This document shows, piece by piece, positions 1 through 10,080 of a stretch of 64,000 nucleotides of DNA. The position numbers and the translations under genes were made by a program. A model generated the notes under the pieces. The model saw only the letters and a list, made by a program, of their open reading frames with translations, did not search any database and had not been told where the DNA came from. Location: IMG/VR virus record IMGVR_UViG_3300011008_002712. One strand, written 5' to 3'. This DNA comes from a virus. Taxonomy: Duplodnaviria; Caudoviricetes. The first letter of the stretch is position 1; each line of letters starts with the position of its first letter.

Positions 1-21
1 TATCGCATTCATATTATACTC

Positions 22-846
22 CTATTCTGCTACTTCAATTTTAATCTGAAAACCTTTTTGATAATCAATTAATTTGAAATCATCTACAACATAATCGTAA
101 AAACTATCATGGTGATTAATTTCTAATTTTGGTGCCGGATATGTTTGACGTTTAATAAGTTCTTCAATCAAAGGAATATGCCTGTCATAAATATGGGCAT
201 CAGCAATAACATGCACTAATTCTCCAGGCTCTAAATTTGAAACATGTGCGAACATATATACCAGCATCGCATATTGACAAACATTCCATGCATTAGCTGT
301 TAAAATATCTTGGCTTCTTTGATTCAGAATAGCATTTAATTTATTTCCTTCTACATTAAACGTCATAGAATATGCACATGGATATAACGCCATGCTATTC
401 AAATCCTCAAAATTATACATTGAAGTAAGAATGCGTCTGCTGTTTGGATGATTTTTTAGATTATATAAAACATTGTCAACTTGATCCATTTCACCTTCTG
501 GGAATTTATATTTTTTCGCAAGTTGATATCCATATGCTGTTCCAATTGTTCCATCTTCTTTCATCCATGCGTCCCATATTTTACTGCCAAGTTCAGATAC
601 CTTATTTGATTTCTTTTGCCATATCCATAGTACCTCATCAACGCATAATTTCAATGGCACCGGTCGCAATGTCATAATAGGAGCTTCTTTGCTGAGATCA
701 TATCTATTTACTATACATGATTTTTTTATTGTATGAGCTGGAGTTCCATCGCTCCAATGTGCTCTTGTATCATTACTTTCATTGTAATATCCGTTCTTTA
801 ATATATTTTTACACATGTCTATAAAAATATTATCAAATTGGCTCAA
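22..846 (-). CDS. thyA: Thymidylate synthase (canonical dUMP type)
   Basis: MALYPCAY catalytic Cys; QRSQD..ANAWN with Asn at the dUMP-specificity position; DAHIYDRH. Confidence 0.95.
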   Translation of the reverse strand: MSQFDNIFIDMCKNILKNGYYNESNDTRAHWSDGTPAHTIKKSCIVNRYDLSKEAPIMTLRPVPLKLCVDEVLWIWQKKSNKVSELGSKIWDAWMKEDGTIGTAYGYQLAKKYKFPEGEMDQVDNVLYNLKNHPNSRRILTSMYNFEDLNSMALYPCAYSMTFNVEGNKLNAILNQRSQDILTANAWNVCQYAMLVYMFAHVSNLEPGELVHVIADAHIYDRHIPLIEELIKRQTYPAPKLEINHHDSFYDYVVDDFKLIDYQKGFQIKIEVAE

Positions 847-870
847 TTTATTTCATTCCTTTCATAAAGT

Positions 871-905
871 AACAGGAGCAAAAGTTTATTGCTTTTGCTC
901 CTGTT
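871..905 (-). terminator. Inverted repeat / probable intrinsic terminator after ssb
   Basis: AACAGGAGCAAAAG ... CTTTTGCTCCTGTT 14-bp stem. Confidence 0.55.
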
Positions 906-964
906 CCCACCTATCTATTTGTTCCTCCATTTCTCACAATATGAGATAGGAGCTTATTTAGTTA

Positions 965-1624
965 TTAATCAAAATCATCCCACGAACTATCTTTTACCTG
1001 AGTTTCAGTACTCTTTGATTGTTCTTGTTCATCACCCATAAGTTCACCATCTAATATGATTAACTTCATGGCTTTAATTTCCGCTATTGTATTAGGTTTC
1101 GTTACATCTTGAACATTAGGGCATTTTTTAATTGCCTCTTTCTCTTCGTCTGTAAGAAGTTCTTGCTTAGGACGAGGCACAGTAGAATAAGAAGTGCTTA
1201 ATAATTTTCCAGTTTTGGTAATCTTAAAATCATAATTCAAAGGATTGCCATAATCTTGATCATTTGCGTAATTATTAATATCCTTGACTACGCTTTGAGG
1301 AAGTGTTGCTATTTTTACAGAAATATCACCATCATATTCCTTTGTCTTGCTATCCCAATTACTCTTATCTATAACCTTGCATTGATATTGAGTACGGGGC
1401 TTTCCACCAGCTTCGCAAATTGGACAAACATCTCCAAGACAAATAATTCGTTTAAACTTACCGTCTTGTGATTTTTCATAGTGAGTACGAATCATTGATG
1501 GTTTTCCAGCAATGCGAATAACATTTTCCCCATCCTTTAGTTGGAAAAAATTATTTCCACTTCCAACATTGCTACCAATATTCAAAGTACCCCAATCATT
1601 TTCAAAACTCATTGTGTCAGACAT
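965..1624 (-). CDS. Phage single-stranded DNA-binding protein (gp32-like)
   Basis: FFQLKDGENVIRI, C..CPIC zinc motif, YDFKITKTG..TSYS, acidic tail SSWDDFD; start moved to ATG 1624 after AAAGGAG. Confidence 0.75.
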   Translation of the reverse strand: MSDTMSFENDWGTLNIGSNVGSGNNFFQLKDGENVIRIAGKPSMIRTHYEKSQDGKFKRIICLGDVCPICEAGGKPRTQYQCKVIDKSNWDSKTKEYDGDISVKIATLPQSVVKDINNYANDQDYGNPLNYDFKITKTGKLLSTSYSTVPRPKQELLTDEEKEAIKKCPNVQDVTKPNTIAEIKAMKLIILDGELMGDEQEQSKSTETQVKDSSWDDFD

Positions 1625-1823
1625 AACATTTACATCTCCTTTTAATTTTTGCAATTCATAACAATAAATGAATACTCAAGATTCTTGTGTTATTTCAATT
1701 TAGCGTTATGAGATGTTTCTAATACTTATAATGCGTCAATGCACTATAAAATTTTAATAACATATACTCTTCAATTTTATATTAGACAACATCTGATTTT
1801 TTTTAATTAAAATTTGAGCATTT

Positions 1824-2390
1824 TCAAATTTTAATATTTTTTCTTGCTATACTAATGTAATCTTGAGGGTCATTTTTATCAATAATATCTAAATCTTCTT
1901 GCTTTTGTATAAATTGCCATCTGCAACTCATTCCATAAAAAATTTTATTAAATTTAAACACAAAAATTGCTGGATTATTCATGAATTTATTTCTCACTTC
2001 TTTGTTTTTTGGATCAAACAAAGAGATAATAGATATCGGTAAATCTCCAAGGTATATTCCCAAATGCGGCTCTTCATCATATCCCTTAGCATTTAATGAT
2101 ATCATAACATATTCTCCAACATGCGTTTGTGTATTAAATGAATCATAAGATAAATCACTTACTATACTTTCAACAATAATTGGATATTGTATAAACATAG
2201 GTAAATAATCGTCGCATATATAATACATTCCCAAAACAAATTCAGCATATTCGTTTGTTCTTTTGTTTTCTTCCATGACATCAGAAAACAATTGACATTT
2301 TAATCTTTTTTTACATGTAGCGCAACATTCTTGCTTTGGTATAATATTCCCATTTGCGTCTAATTTCGGTTCTATCTGTTTTAGATTCAT
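1824..2390 (-). CDS. Hypothetical protein with N-terminal Cys cluster
   Basis: 188-aa ORF, CCATC..C; 4-nt overlap with upstream gene. Confidence 0.7.
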   Translation of the reverse strand: MNLKQIEPKLDANGNIIPKQECCATCKKRLKCQLFSDVMEENKRTNEYAEFVLGMYYICDDYLPMFIQYPIIVESIVSDLSYDSFNTQTHVGEYVMISLNAKGYDEEPHLGIYLGDLPISIISLFDPKNKEVRNKFMNNPAIFVFKFNKIFYGMSCRWQFIQKQEDLDIIDKNDPQDYISIARKNIKI

Positions 2391-3463
2391 GCTTCTTGTT
2401 CCTCATTAATCATTCTATGCTGTTTAAAAATTAAAGATTCTTCTTTTTTCAATTTTTTTAAAGCGTCTTTCAATAATTTTCTAGAAGAATTAATTTCTGT
2501 TTTTATGTTATCATGCTGCTCACGATATTCATCACGTTTTGTAGTCAATACTTCAATTTGCGAATTTAAATCATTAATTTTTTCATTTAATTCTTCTAAA
2601 TTATCTTTTTTTTGTTTCACAAACAAATAATGTTTATCGTTCATGTTTTTATATGATCTGGCCATATTTTTAACGTGTTCAAGCTGCATGATTGTTGCTT
2701 TTTTATTTATTTTATCATCAGAAAAACCAAAAGAATTTTTCCACAATGTTAAAATAACATTATCACTAGTTATTGCAAAAAATATCATATCAGAAAAATT
2801 AAGAAAAAATCTTGTTTCAAAATTTTCTGTAACGTTTGAATATACTTCTATCGAATTTTTAAACGATTTGGACAAATCATCTACTATTTTATCTCTATTT
2901 TTAATGGTTATTTTTTTATCGCTATTATTAATTCTTTCTTCCCATCTCTTTATACAATGTGCTGTCAAAAAATATTGAATTCCATTCTTTGTTATTGTAT
3001 TTTCACAATCAAAAAATTGATTTAATAATTCATCAGCTTTTCTTAATACCTTGTTGGTATATTTATTTAATTCATCAGAATTTAAATTTTCTTCTACAAA
3101 CTTAGAATACTCATCTTTTGATTTTGCTTTACTCGTAACGAAATCTATTTTTATAGAATCTATATTGTCTTTTTTCAATGGTTGAACGATTAATTCATTT
3201 TTTTTGCATAAAATACCGAACCAATTATCATTTATTTTTATGATATTCGAATTTGTAAAAGAATTAATCATATTGTCTTTTAATGATTGATATTCTTTCA
3301 TATATTTCATTCTTTCAATGACCAACATGTGACAATCTTGGTCTGTAAATTGCAGCGCTCTTGCATGTGACAATGCTTTTTCAACGCTGTCAAAATTTAA
3401 TTTTGCATCTAAAAATTTATTCAATGAATTTTCATCAAATTTAGATGATATTGATTGTTTCAT
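2387..3463 (-). CDS. Hypothetical protein with C-terminal coiled coil
   Basis: 358-aa ORF, GAGGTG RBS; TAHCIKRWEER motif then heptad-rich tail. Confidence 0.75.
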   Translation of the reverse strand: MKQSISSKFDENSLNKFLDAKLNFDSVEKALSHARALQFTDQDCHMLVIERMKYMKEYQSLKDNMINSFTNSNIIKINDNWFGILCKKNELIVQPLKKDNIDSIKIDFVTSKAKSKDEYSKFVEENLNSDELNKYTNKVLRKADELLNQFFDCENTITKNGIQYFLTAHCIKRWEERINNSDKKITIKNRDKIVDDLSKSFKNSIEVYSNVTENFETRFFLNFSDMIFFAITSDNVILTLWKNSFGFSDDKINKKATIMQLEHVKNMARSYKNMNDKHYLFVKQKKDNLEELNEKINDLNSQIEVLTTKRDEYREQHDNIKTEINSSRKLLKDALKKLKKEESLIFKQHRMINEEQEA

Positions 3464-3533
3464 TTGATTTCACCTCTTATCTTAATTTTATTAATTTAAA
3501 AATTTTATATGTCTTATAATGCATCTTTTACAA

Positions 3534-3562
3534 AAGAAATGGGAGAATTTCTCCCATTTCTT
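3534..3562 (-). terminator. Intrinsic terminator
   Basis: AAGAAATGGGAGAA/TTCTCCCATTTCTT stem followed by T run on minus strand. Confidence 0.65.
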
Positions 3563-4205
3563 AATCAATGTCTCCCCACTCTAATTCTGGCGCGCCAGAT
3601 TTATAATCATTTGGCTCTTCTGCACCGCCATCTCCATGATTAAAATCTAAATTAGTTTTCTTTCTATATTCACCAAGTTGAATCTGCATAGAAATAATAG
3701 AAGCTTGACGAGAAATAACATCTCCAATTGATTTCAAATTTCCCATGACGTTAGTGACTTCTGTTCTAAATGCTTCTATTTTTCCAAGCTGCAATACCAA
3801 ATTCGGATATCTAAGCATTGCTTCACCTTGTCGTTTATCTGCCGATTTTTGGTTGCTTACAAGATTGTTTGCAGAATATAACATATCCATTGTGCGTTTT
3901 CTTACTGCATATTCGTGTTCTACATCATATAAAATCTCACTAAGGCGATTCTTATACTGCTGTACTCTATCCATTTCTTCCAGCAACTGAAATGTATTTG
4001 GGTTTTCATATGTTTGAACGCTCATTTCAAGCATTTCATTATGATATGCATTTAAATCTAATTTTGGCAAAGTTTTAATAATATCATATACAATGGTTTC
4101 TAATTCGTTAAAATTACATTCTTTTCTAGAATGCGTTTTATCAATATCATCCATTTTATCAAAAAAATCTTTTCTGTTTGAATTATCATCAATATCTAAT
4201 GTCAT
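3561..4205 (-). CDS. Hypothetical helical protein (possible recombination mediator)
   Basis: 214-aa ORF directly downstream of sbcC; function inferred from context only. Confidence 0.65.
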   Translation of the reverse strand: MTLDIDDNSNRKDFFDKMDDIDKTHSRKECNFNELETIVYDIIKTLPKLDLNAYHNEMLEMSVQTYENPNTFQLLEEMDRVQQYKNRLSEILYDVEHEYAVRKRTMDMLYSANNLVSNQKSADKRQGEAMLRYPNLVLQLGKIEAFRTEVTNVMGNLKSIGDVISRQASIISMQIQLGEYRKKTNLDFNHGDGGAEEPNDYKSGAPELEWGDID

Positions 4206-4219
4206 AATTAAATTCTCCC

Positions 4220-6259
4220 TTATAAAATAGAAATTTGTGATCCTCTAATCGGATCTTTTTCTATTAGAACTTTTGTATCAAAAGAATCTTGTAATTCATT
4301 TATGTGAGTAATACACATTACTTGTTTGAAAATTTTGCTGATTTTATGCAGTGTATCAATAAATTTTTGCCTTGCTGATGAGTCTTGTGAACCTAACCCT
4401 TCATCTATAATGAAAAAATCTATCGTCGCTCCAGCTCTTTTTGTTAAAAATTTTGCTAATCCTATATGACAAGAAAAATCTATTCTAAATTTTTCTCCTC
4501 CAGAATAAGTTTCATAGCTTCTTGAATTAATACCATCATGAATAATTATATCCAATGTGTCAATATCTTTTTTATTCCCTTTTTTATCAGTTTCAAATCT
4601 TATAGACATTGCATTATCACTCAATAATTGTAATACATTATTGATTTCACTTTCTATATTAGGCAAATCTTTCTTTATGATACTTTTTTGTATTCCCTTT
4701 TTGCCAAAAGCTATGCTAACACTATCATAATCTCCAAATTCTAAATTAAGCTGTGCCAGTTGCTGATTTAATTGATTCAACAATTTTTCATTTTTTGAAA
4801 TATCGTCTATTTGAGATTTTGTAACAGCTATACTTTGTTCATTTTCAGAAATTTCAGATGATACTTGGCTAATTTCACGTCTTAATTCATTATCATTAAA
4901 AGTTTTTTGTTCAACATCAACAATATTGATTTTTAAATTTTCATCATATTGAACTTGATATTCATCAAGTGATTTTTGTAAAAATGAAATTTCATTTTCT
5001 AAAGATTCTTTTAAATGCTTTAATTTCTCGTTTTTATTTTTTTTATCTTGTAATTGCTGTTTTTTATTGCTAAGCAATTTACCATCTTCTGATAATTTAG
5101 AGCCGCGCTTTTTAAATTCGTCTAACGAATCATTATTTTTAGAAATTTTAACATTTGTTTCTTTGTATGTTTCTTTTAACTCAATGAGATGTTTTTCTTT
5201 ATGTTCAGGAGTAATTTCATTACCACAAAAATCACAAATTGATTTATTATATGATTCTAAATTATGATGTTTTTCTTTGATTTTCTTTTTTTCTTGTTCA
5301 AAAAAATTATTCTCTGTTTTTATTCTAGACATTTCTTCTTTTATAGAAGTAATCTCTTCTCTTTTTTTATCAATTTCTTTTTGCAATTGTTGTATTTCTG
5401 AATCAAAATCTATGTTTTCGATTTCTATTTCAGAATATCTTTCTTTTTTAAGTTCAATATCATTTTTTAAACTTGATAATTGATTCTTTAATTTAGAACG
5501 TTGATTTAAAATCAATTTATTTTTGCCAATTAAAGATTCATATTCGGCTTTTTCTTTTATGATAATTTCAAATTTGTTATTCAATTGTTCTAAGTTCTTT
5601 TTTAATTTTATATTTTTTTCTGTTTTTTCATCAATAATTTTTTGCAAAACATTGACATCTTCATACTGAGTTGAAGCAAATTCAATTTGAGAATTTAAAT
5701 TATCTATTTGTGTTTTTAACAATTTTCTTGTTTCTTTTGCTTCTTTCTCATATGCTTCATATTTTTTTATATCTAAGATTTGAGCAAGTGTTTCCTTTCT
5801 TTCATTTGGTTTTTTATTCATAAACCTAGCTGACATTCCTTGTCCAACGCAAATTGTATCAAGAAATACATCATAATCTAATTTTATAACATCAATAATC
5901 TTTTTTTGTGTTTCTAAAATTTTTTCAGTTTGACTAATTCCATCTATATAGAATTCTAATTCTCTTGGGCCATTTCTATATTTTCTTGATATAATCAAAT
6001 ATGTAGTGCCATTCATTTCAAAACAAAATTGTAATTCAAAATGATCGCAATCATGATTAATCATCTCATCCATTCCAGCTCCCTTATTGTCTGTACACGA
6101 ATTACGATAATAAAGAGCTGTCGTGATCATTTCTATAATTGAAGATTTCCCTGCTCCATTTTCTCCTATTAGACAAAAAAGATTTCCAAAATCAGAAAAA
6201 TTAATTTCTGCATCTACGTACGAACGATAACCGTGAATTTTCAAATATTTTGGTAACAT
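4220..6259 (-). CDS. sbcC: SbcC/Rad50-like ATPase (gp46-like)
   Basis: Walker A GENGAGKS, coiled coil with CDFC zinc hook, signature YSGGE, Walker B FIIDEG. Confidence 0.93.
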   Translation of the reverse strand: MLPKYLKIHGYRSYVDAEINFSDFGNLFCLIGENGAGKSSIIEMITTALYYRNSCTDNKGAGMDEMINHDCDHFELQFCFEMNGTTYLIISRKYRNGPRELEFYIDGISQTEKILETQKKIIDVIKLDYDVFLDTICVGQGMSARFMNKKPNERKETLAQILDIKKYEAYEKEAKETRKLLKTQIDNLNSQIEFASTQYEDVNVLQKIIDEKTEKNIKLKKNLEQLNNKFEIIIKEKAEYESLIGKNKLILNQRSKLKNQLSSLKNDIELKKERYSEIEIENIDFDSEIQQLQKEIDKKREEITSIKEEMSRIKTENNFFEQEKKKIKEKHHNLESYNKSICDFCGNEITPEHKEKHLIELKETYKETNVKISKNNDSLDEFKKRGSKLSEDGKLLSNKKQQLQDKKNKNEKLKHLKESLENEISFLQKSLDEYQVQYDENLKINIVDVEQKTFNDNELRREISQVSSEISENEQSIAVTKSQIDDISKNEKLLNQLNQQLAQLNLEFGDYDSVSIAFGKKGIQKSIIKKDLPNIESEINNVLQLLSDNAMSIRFETDKKGNKKDIDTLDIIIHDGINSRSYETYSGGEKFRIDFSCHIGLAKFLTKRAGATIDFFIIDEGLGSQDSSARQKFIDTLHKISKIFKQVMCITHINELQDSFDTKVLIEKDPIRGSQISIL

Positions 6260-6309
6260 TCTATCACCTCTTTTTTATTTTAGACAAAAATAAGCAGCTT
6301 TGTTGCTGC

Positions 6310-7053
6310 TTATAACAATTTATTTTCTACTAATACTTGTTTAAATGTTTTATAATTTATTCCTTTTGGAATAGCAAACACTATTTTTTTTATCGTTGTT
6401 TTTTCAAAGTTTTTAATGAAATTAAGGCACACAATGTTCGGTTTTTGTTTAAATACGCCGCATCCAAATGCGCCAAGAATTAAAGTATCAACATTGTTAT
6501 CTTCTGCAGCATATTTAATCAATTTTATTCTTTCATTTAATGCAAAATTATTTTGTGCTTCATTAAATGAATGATATTTCAACAAATTTAATCTATTAGG
6601 TGCTGCGCAAGTTATTACATCACAATATTTTTGTTTATTTCTTAATGTAAATAAAATGTTTTTGCAATACAAAAGTCTATTTTCATACATTCCTTTGTTT
6701 TTATGTTCATTATTATATCTGTAATATGTTTTTTGTTTTTTTAAAACATTGTACAAATAAGAAGCATGACACAGGCTTTCTTCTTGAGCAAATGCTCCTT
6801 CTAAAAATTTTCCGCCTGGTTCTTTATATGAAGCAAAATTCAAAACAGCACAATTGTCATAATAAAAAATAGCATCTACGCTATTCAAATCAATCAGTGT
6901 AAATTTTGGGTGTTCACCGTCTAGATTTTCTTTATATGTTGAATAAAATTTAATATTACAATCATCAATTTCGTCTTTATAACGAATTGACATTAATTCC
7001 GTATGTTCTTTTGCTTTTTGTTGAAATTCAATTTTATTTTCCCAATAATTCAT
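6310..7053 (-). CDS. Microbial-type PARG macrodomain (TIGR02452/DUF2263-like) ADP-ribose hydrolase
   Basis: VLNFAS..PGG.F..GA.AQEESLC, DVITCAAPN, LILGAFGCGVF. Confidence 0.88.
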   Translation of the reverse strand: MNYWENKIEFQQKAKEHTELMSIRYKDEIDDCNIKFYSTYKENLDGEHPKFTLIDLNSVDAIFYYDNCAVLNFASYKEPGGKFLEGAFAQEESLCHASYLYNVLKKQKTYYRYNNEHKNKGMYENRLLYCKNILFTLRNKQKYCDVITCAAPNRLNLLKYHSFNEAQNNFALNERIKLIKYAAEDNNVDTLILGAFGCGVFKQKPNIVCLNFIKNFEKTTIKKIVFAIPKGINYKTFKQVLVENKLL

Positions 7054-7059
7054 ATCATT

Positions 7060-7470
7060 TTACCCAACATTATTTATCTCATAATTATGAATCATATGAT
7101 ACCCTGTTAGATTAAAAAATCCAAGAGCATATATTTTTTTTGTAATTTCTTGTTGTGTATCTTTATCTAGTTGTATATTTATTGGAATTCCATTATTATG
7201 TAATAATTCTAATTGATTGTTTTCATCAAAATTTAATTTCATACTAGTAAAAGCATATTGATTATAAATTTCTTTTCCTATTATAAATTTTGATGATTTT
7301 TTTGAATTTCCTATTCTTTGAAATTGCAACCCATTTCCAAAAATAAATGCATAGACATCGTCGTTTTTATGCATTCTTTTCATAGCTGTTTTTAATTCAC
7401 CTTCAGAAACTATAACACCAAAATATATAAAACAATTGCATTGTATGGGTTTACGAAACATTATTCTCAA
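7060..7470 (-). CDS. Hypothetical protein
   Basis: 136-aa ORF in operon. Confidence 0.6.
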   Translation of the reverse strand: MRIMFRKPIQCNCFIYFGVIVSEGELKTAMKRMHKNDDVYAFIFGNGLQFQRIGNSKKSSKFIIGKEIYNQYAFTSMKLNFDENNQLELLHNNGIPINIQLDKDTQQEITKKIYALGFFNLTGYHMIHNYEINNVG

Positions 7471-8587
7471 CTCTTTCTACAACATCTTTACATAATTTAA
7501 TTCTTTCATCTGCTCTATTTTGACCATCATAATACATTTCTATAGCATCAAACGTTGGCAGCGAATTGCTAATTTCAATCTTATTATCTTCAATATTTTC
7601 AATTTCATATTGAATTTTTAATAAAAACTGAACATGTTTTTCTTTATATGCATATTCTATAATTCGTTTTTCGTTTATTTTAATTCCATCATTCAATTTT
7701 AATTTGATTCTCAATATTACATCTTTTAGGTTTTGTTTAGACAATTTTTTGATGATAGAATTTTCTATCGTTTCTGCATCCGATTCTTTTTTATAATCAA
7801 ATTCTAATGTTAAAAATTTTTGAGAAATATCAATTGGAATAAAATCTATATCGCATGAATCATTATCAAAATTTAAACACACATAGCCTTTATCTTGTTT
7901 TTCTTCTGAAAAATCAATTCTATCAGCGCTTCCACAATAAAATATTAACGGCTCTCGTTCTAAAATTTGGTGTTTATGAAGATGCCCGAGTATTACAGAA
8001 ATAATATTTTTTTTCTTAAAAATATTTTTGTCTATGCACTCATCGTTGTCAATAACATTCCAGTCATTTAGATTTGCATTTTTCATAGTCAAATGACCGA
8101 TGATAATTGTTTTATATTTATCATCCAAATTAGAAACTAACTCTTCAATTTCTTCCTTTGTATGATGCGTTGGAAGAAAAACGAACCTATATATATTATC
8201 ATTTATTGTTATTAATTTTTCTTCGTAAAACCTTGTCTGTGAAATAAATGGTATATTTAATGATACAAATTGATGAAGACCAGACGAAAAAGAATTAAGC
8301 TTAGATACATCATGATTGCCATCTAAAATTAATGTATGTATTTTATTCAATGATAATTTCAAAAACGCTTCACTAACCTTATTAATTAAAGTTGGGTTTG
8401 GCAAGTTGTTTTTGAACATATCACCAGCGAATACAACAACATCCACATTATTAGATATGGCATCGTCTATAATTTTATTCAATATCTTTATTGCATTTAT
8501 TTCTCTTAGATGAAGACCAGATTCAGGATCAATCTTACAATATGCTTTTTGTCCAACATGCAAATCAGCAAAACATAAAATTTTCAT
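7451..8587 (-). CDS. sbcD: SbcD/Mre11 nuclease (gp47-like)
   Basis: ADLH, AGDMF, GNHD, LGHLH metallophosphoesterase motifs. Confidence 0.93.
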   Translation of the reverse strand: MKILCFADLHVGQKAYCKIDPESGLHLREINAIKILNKIIDDAISNNVDVVVFAGDMFKNNLPNPTLINKVSEAFLKLSLNKIHTLILDGNHDVSKLNSFSSGLHQFVSLNIPFISQTRFYEEKLITINDNIYRFVFLPTHHTKEEIEELVSNLDDKYKTIIIGHLTMKNANLNDWNVIDNDECIDKNIFKKKNIISVILGHLHKHQILEREPLIFYCGSADRIDFSEEKQDKGYVCLNFDNDSCDIDFIPIDISQKFLTLEFDYKKESDAETIENSIIKKLSKQNLKDVILRIKLKLNDGIKINEKRIIEYAYKEKHVQFLLKIQYEIENIEDNKIEISNSLPTFDAIEMYYDGQNRADERIKLCKDVVERVENNVS

Positions 8588-8613
8588 TTAGAAGCTCCTT
8601 TCTTTTATTTATT

Positions 8614-9183
8614 TTACTTATTTTTGTTTTTCTTTTTTATTTTTTTGCTGACACATTCACCTTTCATAAGACAATATGTAATTGCTGCTGATATTGAATC
8701 TGTAACATCGTCTGAGAATTCTTTGACAAAATTTTCTTTTCCAAGCAATTCAAATATTTTATTTGCAACTTCTTGTTTCATTTGCGTTCCAGATTTTTTT
8801 GTTCCATCGCTATTTTTTATTTTTATTCCGCCCAAAACCTTTGATTTTAATGTCATAACAGCGTAATATACAACTGGTAGTTTTTCTTTTTTTGCTATTA
8901 ATTGCATAATACCATGAAACATACTTAGTTTTTGAATAACTTGTTTATTGCTTCCAACGAATGGTGCTTCTGCAGAAATCCCATGAGGTTTAAATTGTTG
9001 TATTATTTTTTGAAGTTGTTGTTCAAAATATAACAGCATTTCACCGATATCCATGCCATGTCTTTCAATCGTTCCATAATCTATGATTTTATATTTATTC
9101 TCTTCAATATATTCTATAACGCTCCATCCAGTTGATCTTGTTGAGATGTCTAGACCCAAAACGACAAAATTTTTAAATAACAA
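8614..9183 (-). CDS. ruvC: RuvC-like Holliday junction resolvase
   Basis: LGLDISTRSTGW, SAEAPF, DDVTDSISAA; likely TTG start at 9183. Confidence 0.85.
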   Translation of the reverse strand: MLFKNFVVLGLDISTRSTGWSVIEYIEENKYKIIDYGTIERHGMDIGEMLLYFEQQLQKIIQQFKPHGISAEAPFVGSNKQVIQKLSMFHGIMQLIAKKEKLPVVYYAVMTLKSKVLGGIKIKNSDGTKKSGTQMKQEVANKIFELLGKENFVKEFSDDVTDSISAAITYCLMKGECVSKKIKKKNKNK

Positions 9184-9236
9184 ATAAATCACACCCTTCA
9201 AAAATAAAAGTAGCGTGCAAAGATGCACGCTACTAA

Positions 9237-10070
9237 TTAAAACGTTAATTTAACAATCAATGTATTTGCATCAGTTTTTACTGTAGAAATAAATTTGAAT
9301 TGCAAAGTATGATAATTAATTAAAGCAGGATATACAATATCACATGTTTTAAATGTATTATCTTCTATGCTCATTAGACTAACTTCTGGCATTATTCCAA
9401 GAATATCTAATTTATTATTTTCAAATTTGAATTCTTTATTAGGCGTAAATACTTGATTAACATCGAAATCTATTGTTATTGAATAAGCTTGTGTATTCTC
9501 ATCTATGTTTTCAAGTTCACCCAAATCACTCAATTCAAAACTGATTGTTTTCAAAATCCCATTTTCTGGAACTGATATGCTATACACATTATTTTCATTT
9601 GATAATAATACATCAACATTTGACAAATAATTCATATTTGAACCATAATGCCAAGATGTTTCATTGCTTTTTGCATTAATCTTTTCTATAATTGACTTTG
9701 CAAACAAATTTAAATCTATATTTCTTGCATAATCTATTAGCTGCTGAGGCAAGCCGTCTAAAGACGTTGGAATGAACGAAACATTTTCATTTCGACAAAT
9801 GATTCCTTCTCCTAAACTTGGAGTCAATCCACTATTAGATTCTACAATTATTGAATCGTTTGTTAAATCATCAATATTAGATACAACAAAGAATCCAATT
9901 TCTTCATTATCATAATTATCTATGCTATTAGTAAAAACATAATCTCCGATCTGAATATCATTCATAGTATAATGCATATATCCATCAAAAAATGTAATAT
10001 GCAATTTCCATGAATTAGATGAGATTTGTTCAACATTTAATATGTTTATTTTTCCATTAAATAGCTTCAC
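9237..10070 (-). CDS. Hypothetical acidic protein, possibly virion-associated
   Basis: 277-aa ORF, GAGGTG RBS, follows fibre-like gene. Confidence 0.65.
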   Translation of the reverse strand: MKLFNGKINILNVEQISSNSWKLHITFFDGYMHYTMNDIQIGDYVFTNSIDNYDNEEIGFFVVSNIDDLTNDSIIVESNSGLTPSLGEGIICRNENVSFIPTSLDGLPQQLIDYARNIDLNLFAKSIIEKINAKSNETSWHYGSNMNYLSNVDVLLSNENNVYSISVPENGILKTISFELSDLGELENIDENTQAYSITIDFDVNQVFTPNKEFKFENNKLDILGIMPEVSLMSIEDNTFKTCDIVYPALINYHTLQFKFISTVKTDANTLIVKLTF

Positions 10071-10080
10071 TTATCTCACC

